A program made the position numbers and the translations under genes. From assembly GCA_963676565.1 (NCBI GenBank), contig OY781089.1, positions 2,944,001 through 3,008,000 on the forward strand: a stretch of DNA of 64,000 bases, read 5' to 3'. The notes under the pieces are model-generated. The model had not been told where the DNA came from. It saw nothing but the letters and a program-made list of their open reading frames with translations, and ran no database searches. Source of the DNA: Halarcobacter sp. (GTDB taxonomy: Bacteria; Campylobacterota; Campylobacteria; Campylobacterales; Arcobacteraceae). This document shows positions 56,094-64,000 of the stretch, in pieces (position 1 is the first letter of the stretch; the number at the start of each line of letters is the position of its first letter).

Positions 56094-57371
56094 ATGAGTT
56101 ATAAAATGTATGTTAATGGTCCTCAAATACCAAATGGAAAAGTAAAAGTAAGTGGAGCTAAAAATTCTGCCACAAGACTTTTGGCAGCTTCAACTTTAAC
56201 TGATGAAATAGTAAGAATTGACAATTTTCCAACACAGCTTGTAGATGCTGAAGCAAAAATTGATTTTTTAAGAAGTATGAACGTGAAAATAAAAAAAGAT
56301 GATGATAATGCTTCATTAGAAATTCTATCAAAAAAATTATCTTTAAATGATTCGGTAAATTATAATTTACCTATTAGAACAACTTATTTATTGGCTGCAG
56401 GGCAAATTGTTAGACATAAATTAGCTCATATTCCTTATCCAGGGGGTTGTAAAATTGGTTCAAGAGGATATGATCTTCATATTATGGTTTGGAAAGATTT
56501 GGGATGTTTAGTAGAAGAGAAAGAAGACTACATAGAAATTAAAGGTTCATTTAAAGGTGGTACAATTAATTTTCCTATTTCTACTGTTGGTGGTACAGAA
56601 ACAGCTATTATGTGTGCTAGTGTTGCAGAAGGAATTACAGAAATAAATAATGCGTATATAACTCCTGAAATAGATGATTTAATCAATTTTATGACAAAAA
56701 TGGGAGCTAAAATACAAAAATTTGGAACTGGAAAATTAAAGATTGAAGGAGTTAGTGGACTACTAAAAGGAACATCTTATAGCGTAATGGCAGATAGAAT
56801 TGAAGCAATAACTTGGGTAATTTTTGCTGCAATTACAAAAGGAAGTATAGTTGTAGAAAATGTACCATTTGATACAATGGAAATTCCATTACTTCATTTA
56901 AAAGATTGTGGTATTGATTTTTATCAAAATGAAAATTCTATTTTTATGACGCCTGAATGCGTGAAAGGTGGCTTTATTCAACCATTTGAAGTTGCTTGTG
57001 GAACTCATCCAGGTGTAATTTCAGACATGCAAGCCTTTTATGTTTTACTTGGAATGATTGCGGAAGGTAAATCTGTGATATTTGACTATAGATATCCTGA
57101 AAGAATAGCTTATGGAAATGAGCTTAACAAGTTTACAGATGATAAGATACAAGTAGAACATGGAAAAATAATTACAAATGGTACCTTTAAAATTAATTCA
57201 GCAAATGTTTTATCAACTGACTTAAGAGGCAGTATGGGTTTAATAATGGCCGCATTTTTAGCAAATGGAACTTCTGAAATAAAAGATATACAAATGGCAA
57301 TGAGAGGTTATAATAAGCTTGAAGAAAAACTTAGAGATCTTGGGTTAAATTTTGTTATAAAAAAAGATTAG
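56094..57371 (+). CDS. murA: MurA-like enolpyruvyl transferase (divergent polysaccharide-locus paralogue)
   Basis: SGAKNSA, PGGCKIGSR, TVGGTE, DRIEA, HPGVISDMQ, TDLRG, RGY. Confidence 0.9.
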   Translation: MSYKMYVNGPQIPNGKVKVSGAKNSATRLLAASTLTDEIVRIDNFPTQLVDAEAKIDFLRSMNVKIKKDDDNASLEILSKKLSLNDSVNYNLPIRTTYLLAAGQIVRHKLAHIPYPGGCKIGSRGYDLHIMVWKDLGCLVEEKEDYIEIKGSFKGGTINFPISTVGGTETAIMCASVAEGITEINNAYITPEIDDLINFMTKMGAKIQKFGTGKLKIEGVSGLLKGTSYSVMADRIEAITWVIFAAITKGSIVVENVPFDTMEIPLLHLKDCGIDFYQNENSIFMTPECVKGGFIQPFEVACGTHPGVISDMQAFYVLLGMIAEGKSVIFDYRYPERIAYGNELNKFTDDKIQVEHGKIITNGTFKINSANVLSTDLRGSMGLIMAAFLANGTSEIKDIQMAMRGYNKLEEKLRDLGLNFVIKKD

Positions 57372-57382
57372 TTAACTAACTC

Positions 57383-58624
57383 ATGCTTAAATTATTTCAA
57401 AATCAATTTATAAAACATTTTTTTAGTACAAGCGTATTAAAACTTTTTTCTATATTTTTATCTTTTCTTCAAGGGATAATAATAGCTAGGTATCTACTTC
57501 CAGAAGGAAGAGGTATTATAGCTATTTATCTAGCAGTAGTAAACATGCTATTACCCCTAAGTGAACTTGGAATAAAACAAGCATCAGCATATTATTTATC
57601 AAAAGTTAAGATTGATATAACAAAAATTGTTAATACACAAACAATTACACTTTTAATATCTAGTGTTCTAACTATAATACTTCTATTTATAATATACTCA
57701 ATTCAACAGTTAGATAACTTTTTTATCTTACTTATGATTTTCATATCTATTCCTCTAAGAATTTATGTATCTTTCACAACTGCGTATGGTTTATCATTTA
57801 GAGAAATAAATAAAATTAATATTATACAATTCTTACTAATATTTATTGACTTCATTTTTGTTGTTATATTTTTTGTTGTTTTAAAAATAGATCTTAAATA
57901 CTATTTTGTATCATATTTTTTAGCCTCTTTAGTAGCTTCGATTTATACATTTGTTTGGTTAAAAGTATCTTATAATATCACTTTTATAATAAATATAAAT
58001 GAATACAAAAAAGAGTCATTTAAAATTTTAAAAAAAGGTATAAGTTATGCTTTACCTCTTTTTGTTATTGGACTTAATTATTCACTTGACCTTCTAATTT
58101 TAGATTACTTTGTAAATAAAGACTTAATTGGAATATATGCAGTTGGAGTCACATTAGCAGTTTTAATTTGGCAACTACCTACTATATTAAGTTTTTTAAT
58201 ATTTTCTTATAGTGTTTCTACAAAAGATGAAAAACAATTTTCTTTAAACCTATGGAATAAAACAAAACAACTAATGATTATATTAATTCCTATCTCATTT
58301 CTATTAACACTTTCATTTAAATATTTAATACCATTTATTTATGGAGAAGCATATAGTGAGAGTTTTAATGTTATTTTATACTTAATGCCAGGTGTTTATT
58401 TTATGATAGGATTTAAATTATTAAATGGTGATTTAGCAGCAAGAGGATATCCCCAAATAGCTTTATATATATTTTCAACAGGAATAATAATCAATATACT
58501 ATTAAATATTTTACTAATACCAATTTATGGTATTAATGGTGCTGCTATAGCAAGTTCAATAAGCTATTTATTTTGTAGCATTTATTTTGTTTATGAGTAT
58601 TATAAAATAACAATAAGGAAATAG
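57383..58624 (+). CDS. wzx: Wzx-type oligosaccharide flippase (MOP family)
   Basis: About 12 TM; ARYLLPEGRG, IGIYAVG, LIPIYGINGAAIASSISY. Confidence 0.88.
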   Translation: MLKLFQNQFIKHFFSTSVLKLFSIFLSFLQGIIIARYLLPEGRGIIAIYLAVVNMLLPLSELGIKQASAYYLSKVKIDITKIVNTQTITLLISSVLTIILLFIIYSIQQLDNFFILLMIFISIPLRIYVSFTTAYGLSFREINKINIIQFLLIFIDFIFVVIFFVVLKIDLKYYFVSYFLASLVASIYTFVWLKVSYNITFIININEYKKESFKILKKGISYALPLFVIGLNYSLDLLILDYFVNKDLIGIYAVGVTLAVLIWQLPTILSFLIFSYSVSTKDEKQFSLNLWNKTKQLMIILIPISFLLTLSFKYLIPFIYGEAYSESFNVILYLMPGVYFMIGFKLLNGDLAARGYPQIALYIFSTGIIINILLNILLIPIYGINGAAIASSISYLFCSIYFVYEYYKITIRK

Positions 58625-58631
58625 GATAATA

Positions 58632-59789
58632 ATGATACAAAGTATTAAAACAGTATATATAATAAATGATTATTTTCAACATGGTGGACATGTAAAGAGT
58701 TTTGTTACACAATTTAAAGAAATTAATCCTAAAAATTTTATAATTATATGTTCAACAAATGGTTATATTTTAGAAAATCGAAATAATCTAGAGATACCAA
58801 AAGATAAAATTATAACAATTAATATGTCTAAATTAAGAAGAATACAATTTAATTACAAATTATATACTATCATTAAAAATAATTTAGAAGAAGGAGATAG
58901 ATTAAATATATATTCAATAGAATGTTATTTCTCTTCATTACTTGCAAAATCTTTTTTTGACAATGTTAGTATTTTAAACTTTGTAATGGCTGGGCCAGAA
59001 CCATTTCCAATGTTAAAATCAACAGACATATATATAGCTGTATCAAAAGAACAAAAAGATTATGTTTTAAAAAATACATATAATAAAAATATTGATGAAA
59101 ATAAAGTTAAGATTATAAAAAATAGAATTAAACCATCAATAACTAACATAAATAGAGAATCAAAAGAAAGATATGTATTAGTTGTATCAAGATTTGATAA
59201 AGGCTTAAAAGCATCATTAGATAGAATTCTTTTTATTATTCAAGGATTAGATAAAAAAATACCTATTAAGATTGCAGGTACAGGAGAAATACTAGAGACC
59301 TATAAAAAGTATTTAAAAGATTTCAAAAATATAGAATTTCTAGGATATCGTGATGATATTAATGATTTAAGAATTAATGCATGTGTTGTTTTAGGTATGG
59401 GAAGATCCATTTTAGAATCACTACTAATTGGTAAACCATCAATATTAATTGGTCACAATGGAGTAGAACTACTCGAAGATATAAATTACGTATCTTTTGC
59501 ATCAGATTATAATTTTTCTGGAAGAAAAATAAAAAATGATTTAGATCTTAATATTACTGTATCTAAAATTGAAGATTACTATGAAACTAATTATACATTA
59601 AAACAAGAAATTATAGACTTTATAACTTCTGAGTATTCTATCGATTATTTTGCAGAAAAATATACTATTTTATGTAAAGAAGTCAAATCTACTAATGTTA
59701 CAGTTTATCAAATACTTGAAGAATATATTTATATTTTTTTAACAAGAGTCAAACGTAAAATAAATAGTTTATTATGGAGAAATAAATGA
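58632..59789 (+). CDS. Divergent GT-B (GT4-like) glycosyltransferase
   Basis: HGGH, IAVS, VVSRFD, IAGTG, FLGYRDD, ILESLLIGKP. Confidence 0.75.
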   Translation: MIQSIKTVYIINDYFQHGGHVKSFVTQFKEINPKNFIIICSTNGYILENRNNLEIPKDKIITINMSKLRRIQFNYKLYTIIKNNLEEGDRLNIYSIECYFSSLLAKSFFDNVSILNFVMAGPEPFPMLKSTDIYIAVSKEQKDYVLKNTYNKNIDENKVKIIKNRIKPSITNINRESKERYVLVVSRFDKGLKASLDRILFIIQGLDKKIPIKIAGTGEILETYKKYLKDFKNIEFLGYRDDINDLRINACVVLGMGRSILESLLIGKPSILIGHNGVELLEDINYVSFASDYNFSGRKIKNDLDLNITVSKIEDYYETNYTLKQEIIDFITSEYSIDYFAEKYTILCKEVKSTNVTVYQILEEYIYIFLTRVKRKINSLLWRNK

Positions 59790-60862
59790 ACATACTAATC
59801 ACTGCACCTTCATTAGATACTAAAAAAAATGTAAGTGGTATAGCTTCTGTAGTAAATAATATATTTGAAACTAGTGACTTAAACTATATTCATTTTGAAG
59901 TAGGGAAACAAGATAAAGAGAAACGAAGTATGAAATGGATACTTAAACAATTCATATTACCATTGAACCTTTTTAAAGTCTTCTTATTAAATAAAATTGA
60001 TATTTTTCATCTAAATGCTCCATTAAATGAAATGGGAGTTTTTAGAGACTTTGTATTGCTATTAGTCGCAAAACTTTTCAGAAAAAAAATATTGCTTCAT
60101 TTTCATGGAGGTAAATTTTTAATAACTCCACCTAAAAATAAATTATTTTATAACTTTTTAAAGTTTTATTTTAAAAGAGCTGATATCATAATTACATTAA
60201 GTAAATATGAACAGGATTTAACTATACAACAATATGGAATAAATTCAAATAAGGTAACTTTTTTAGAAAACTGCGTGGTTCCTTTGGACAATAATAATAA
60301 CAAAACTCAAAAAGATAAAGTAAGAGTAATTTTTTTAGGACGAATCGTTGATTCAAAAGGTATACTGCAAATAATAGACGCAATGAAAATACTTTTTTCA
60401 AAAAGAGAAGATTTTGATTTTTATCTTTACGGTACTGGACCTTTAGAAGATACAATAATTAAAGAACTTTCAAGTTTTAAGCATAATTTTAAATATTGTG
60501 GAATTGTATCTGGAGAAGAAAAAGATAAAGCTCTTCAAGATGCAGATATATTTTTGTTGCCATCACTTTATGGAGAAGGGCTCCCTATAGCATTACTTGA
60601 AGCTATGAATTTCAATACTATACCAATTGTAACGGATGATGGTTCTATGTCTGAAGTTATAGAAAATAATATTTCTGGATTTATAGTGGAAAAGGGTAAT
60701 GTAAATAATCTTTTAAAAAGTATAGAGTTATCTATTGAATTAATTAAAAATAATGATTTTAAAGTAAGGCAAAATGCTAAAATTAAAATAAATAAGAGAT
60801 TTAATTGTTTTAATTATTCGAAGAATCTTAAAAAAATTTATTTGGATTTAATTAATGTTTAA
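59786..60862 (+). CDS. GT4 family glycosyltransferase
   Basis: HFHGG, FLGRIVDSKG, DIFLLPSLYGEGLPIALLEAM. Confidence 0.92.
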   Translation: MNILITAPSLDTKKNVSGIASVVNNIFETSDLNYIHFEVGKQDKEKRSMKWILKQFILPLNLFKVFLLNKIDIFHLNAPLNEMGVFRDFVLLLVAKLFRKKILLHFHGGKFLITPPKNKLFYNFLKFYFKRADIIITLSKYEQDLTIQQYGINSNKVTFLENCVVPLDNNNNKTQKDKVRVIFLGRIVDSKGILQIIDAMKILFSKREDFDFYLYGTGPLEDTIIKELSSFKHNFKYCGIVSGEEKDKALQDADIFLLPSLYGEGLPIALLEAMNFNTIPIVTDDGSMSEVIENNISGFIVEKGNVNNLLKSIELSIELIKNNDFKVRQNAKIKINKRFNCFNYSKNLKKIYLDLINV

Positions 60863-62048
60863 TATTTTAAAACATTTTATCTTTTTTACACTTTTTTTTA
60901 TACTTTTTTTTATTGAGACAAAGTACATAGGTGGAGTTAGAATTGCTATTTTATGGAAAGTAGTCTTACTAGGTATAATAATAGTTTATATCGTACTTAA
61001 CAGTAAAGAAAAAATTAAATCCTTTATAGTATTTGGCTATTTATATAGTTTTAAAAATATTATTAGCTACTCTTCTCTTGACTATATTATTTCTACTGTA
61101 GCGGAAGTCTTAAAAAGTTTATATATTCCATTATTTGCACATTTTTTTATACTTTTAAATAAATTAAAGAATTTTGATGTTTATAAATTTTTGCTAGTTT
61201 TAAGTATATATATTATTATTAGTTGTGTTCCATTTTTAGTTGGCATTATAGAATCACCGAACGAAGGTTATGATATGTCTAGATTTGGTCTAAAAGGGTT
61301 TGGTTTTGTTGGAATCTTTGAAAATGCCCATTATGCATCAAATACATTAGCTTTTTGTATTACAATTTTAATTTATCAAATTCAAACTGTTAAACTAAGT
61401 TCAATATTAAAAGTATTTTATATATTGCTTATAATCGTAGCATTAATAGCACTAGTAAAAACATATGCACGTCTTGGATACGCTATGTTATTTGTTTCAG
61501 CATGTTATTTATTATTAGCTAACAAAAGTTTTAAGTTTTATTTAAAGTTAATCATACCAGTTTCAATATTAATTGTAAGTTTCATAGTAGTGTATAATCA
61601 ATCAAAACTATTACAAATGAGAATTAGTGGTGAAAACAAATATTCTAAAGCAAGTTTAGGATCAGGTAGAGGTGACTTTGCGATTCATGCATTGGATAAT
61701 TGGTATAGTGAAGACTTAGATACTTTTTTTGTAGGAATGGGGAAAGAATATGCTATGGATCAGATGGAAAAAGATGTAGGTCTTAGAATATATGCACATA
61801 ATGGATTTATAGATGTACTTCAAATTAATGGCGTTATTGGCGCAGCAATTTTTTTACTTTTTTTTATATATTTAATTAAGTATATAAAGATAAATAAGCA
61901 TCATCCATATTATCAACTATCTTTTTCTATATTTCTTGGTTATGTTATTTCAATGCTTGTTCAAGGAGAAAGATTTTTTTTATCAGATTTAATACTAGCA
62001 GCAAGTATTGCTTTACTAAGTATTGAAACAAAAAAGAAAGTGAAGTAA
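60855..62048 (+). CDS. Wzy polymerase / O-antigen ligase family membrane protein
   Basis: About 10 TM; GIFENAH, TYAR, SGR, AHNGFIDVL motifs. Confidence 0.8.
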   Translation: MFNILKHFIFFTLFFILFFIETKYIGGVRIAILWKVVLLGIIIVYIVLNSKEKIKSFIVFGYLYSFKNIISYSSLDYIISTVAEVLKSLYIPLFAHFFILLNKLKNFDVYKFLLVLSIYIIISCVPFLVGIIESPNEGYDMSRFGLKGFGFVGIFENAHYASNTLAFCITILIYQIQTVKLSSILKVFYILLIIVALIALVKTYARLGYAMLFVSACYLLLANKSFKFYLKLIIPVSILIVSFIVVYNQSKLLQMRISGENKYSKASLGSGRGDFAIHALDNWYSEDLDTFFVGMGKEYAMDQMEKDVGLRIYAHNGFIDVLQINGVIGAAIFLLFFIYLIKYIKINKHHPYYQLSFSIFLGYVISMLVQGERFFLSDLILAASIALLSIETKKKVK

Positions 62049-62049
62049 A

Positions 62050-62811
62050 ATGAAAAAATTAAAAGTAATAAAGTCACAAATCTCTATTGGTTCTTACGAT
62101 AACTTTATAAGCAACATAAATACATTATCAAAAGATAAAACCTCATCATATATTTGTATATCAAATGTACATATGACTATAGAAGCTTATCTTGATAAAA
62201 ATTTTGAAGATATCGTAAACAATGCAGATATAGCTACTCCAGATGGTATGCCTTTAGCAAAGGCTATCAAGTTTATTTATGGAATAAATCAAGATAGAGT
62301 TGCAGGTATGGACTTAATAGAAGATTTATTTAAAGAGTGTGAAAAGAAAGATAAAAAAATCTTTGTTTATGGTGGTGCACAACCTACTTTAGAGAAGATG
62401 GAAGAAAAAGTAAATAAAGAATATCCAAACCTTAAGATAAAATCTTATTCTCCACCTTTTAGAGCATTAAGTCAAGATGAAAAAGAAGCAGATATTTCTA
62501 TGATAAATGACTTCAATCCAGACTTTGTATTTGTAGCTTTAGGATGCCCTAAACAAGAGAAATGGATGAGTGAACATAAAAATAAAATCAACTCATGTAT
62601 GATAGGACTTGGTGGAGCTATTGAAGTTTATGCAGGGGTTAAAGATAGAGCACCAAAGTGGATGCAAGACTATTCATTAGAGTGGCTATATAGATTGATT
62701 CAAGATCCAAAAAGACTCTGGAAAAGATACTTTTTGACGAATAGCTTATTTATATTTTTGTTTATTAAACAATACTTAACATACAAGTTTTCAAGAAAGG
62801 ATATAAAATGA
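62050..62811 (+). CDS. WecG/TagA/CpsF (GT26) glycosyltransferase
   Basis: PDGMPL, RVAGMDL, SPPFR, VALGCPKQEKW, RAPKWMQ, LEWLYRL. Confidence 0.93.
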   Translation: MKKLKVIKSQISIGSYDNFISNINTLSKDKTSSYICISNVHMTIEAYLDKNFEDIVNNADIATPDGMPLAKAIKFIYGINQDRVAGMDLIEDLFKECEKKDKKIFVYGGAQPTLEKMEEKVNKEYPNLKIKSYSPPFRALSQDEKEADISMINDFNPDFVFVALGCPKQEKWMSEHKNKINSCMIGLGGAIEVYAGVKDRAPKWMQDYSLEWLYRLIQDPKRLWKRYFLTNSLFIFLFIKQYLTYKFSRKDIK

Positions 62812-64000
62812 TAGAAAATAATACATCTGAATATCACAAAAAAAGACATCCAAAACTTAGAGAATTTATATCAGAAGTTATAATCTTCATAACTGATATA
62901 TTTGTAATATTTTTTACTCTTTTTTTCAGTTTTATAGTATGTAGATATTTTCAAGGAGAAGATATAGTTTTAAATGATATATTTATATCATGTCTAAAAA
63001 TGTATCCAACATATATCATCATAACATTTTTGTTTTTTTATGAAAGAATATATCTAAATAGATTTGACTTTTGGCACGAGACAAGGAAGATTATCAAGTC
63101 GTTGTTATTGTCCTTTTTTGCAGTTATCACACTAGGAGTAATAATAAATCAGTCACAAAACTATCCAGTAGAGATAATAGCATGTTCTTTTGTTTTTATG
63201 ATGGTTTTTATGCCACTTTCTAAGTTTTTTTTAAAACCATTTTTGTTTAATATAGGTTTTTGGAAAAAAGGGGTTAAGCTTTTAAGTAGTGATGCTCTTT
63301 TCAAAGATGAAATTTTTGGAAACAGATACTTAGGATATATCAAATCAAAAAGAAAAGAAGCTGATATTGTATTTATTGATTCGCATAAAAAAGATCCTGA
63401 AAGACTAAAAATAATATTAGAACAAGAGATTCAATCAAAAGAAAAAGTTATGTTTGTACCAATATTCAATAACTATCAATTTACTAACTCTGATATATAT
63501 GAGCTTACAAATACAAGAACAAATTTAGTAGTTTTAGAAAACAAACTAAAAAGTAAATACAGAATGTTTATAAATAGATCATACAATCTAGTTCTTGCAA
63601 TACTTTTAGCACCATTTCTTATGCCTATAGTTGGAATCATAGCCTTAGCCATAAACCAAGACTCAAAGGGACCAATACTATTCAAACAAAAAAGGCTAGG
63701 AAGAAATGGTAGTATTTTTATGTGCTATAAATTTAGAACCATGTATGAGCAAGAGGAGCAAGAAAGACTTCTAAAAGACTATCTAGAAGAAAACCCACAT
63801 GAGATTGAAAACTATGAGATATATTGTAAATATGAAAATGACCCAAGAGTTACAAAGGTTGGGAACTTTTTAAGAAAAACATCTTTAGATGAACTTGCGC
63901 AGATTTTTAATGTCTTTAAAGGAGAGATGAGCTTTGTAGGACCAAGGCCATATTTAGTTACAGAAAAAGAAAAGATGGGTGAAGCAAATGTTAATACAAT
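62808..64000 (+). CDS. WbaP/WcaJ-type undecaprenyl-phosphate sugar-1-P transferase (runs off right edge)
   Basis: My translation from ATG 62808: N-terminal TMs, then DSKGPILFKQKRLG, YKFRTM, DPRVTKVGNFLRKTSLDEL, GEMSFVGPRP. Confidence 0.92.
   Translation, partial: MIENNTSEYHKKRHPKLREFISEVIIFITDIFVIFFTLFFSFIVCRYFQGEDIVLNDIFISCLKMYPTYIIITFLFFYERIYLNRFDFWHETRKIIKSLLLSFFAVITLGVIINQSQNYPVEIIACSFVFMMVFMPLSKFFLKPFLFNIGFWKKGVKLLSSDALFKDEIFGNRYLGYIKSKRKEADIVFIDSHKKDPERLKIILEQEIQSKEKVMFVPIFNNYQFTNSDIYELTNTRTNLVVLENKLKSKYRMFINRSYNLVLAILLAPFLMPIVGIIALAINQDSKGPILFKQKRLGRNGSIFMCYKFRTMYEQEEQERLLKDYLEENPHEIENYEIYCKYENDPRVTKVGNFLRKTSLDELAQIFNVFKGEMSFVGPRPYLVTEKEKMGEANVNT

Noticed and set aside
56094..57371. 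murA2 as a fosfomycin-resistance allele
   Set aside because: It retains the fosfomycin-reactive Cys (PGGCKIG), and its operon context points to glycan synthesis.

Overview
Very AT-rich chromosomal window of a Campylobacterota bacterium, most likely Arcobacteraceae (judged from rRNA sequence and gene complement). Left to right: the C-terminus of a tyrosine integrase beside tRNA-Ser(GCT), probably the edge of an integrated element; housekeeping genes (pyrF, nusB, ribH, kdsA, K+ channel, murA, secretin, yigZ, tlyA, ribF, NdvB-like glucan synthase, cmoA, bcp, glcD-like oxidase, tRNA-Thr, CorA-like); a complete minus-strand rRNA operon (16S-Ile-Ala-23S-5S); then a ~35 kb surface/biofilm region. 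That region holds a type I secretion operon ending in a degenerate-GGDEF gene, an atypical orphan OmpR-family regulator and a ~4,110-aa modular Lap/Bap-like adhesin. Divergent from the adhesin is a Wzx/Wzy-type polysaccharide locus (galE, galU, ugd, FHA protein, second ugd, MurB and MurA paralogues, flippase, glycosyltransferases, polymerase, WecG-type and WbaP-type transferases). Top observations: (1) a second, divergent MurB-MurA pair with intact catalytic motifs inside the polysaccharide operon, suggesting synthesis of a lactyl-ether (muramic-acid-like) sugar for a surface glycan; (2) the same TGAGAC-N5-TGAGAC-N10-(-10 box) promoter architecture upstream of the adhesin and of the ugd2-murB2-murA2 operon, suggesting one regulon. 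All family assignments are from motif recognition by eye, not database searches.
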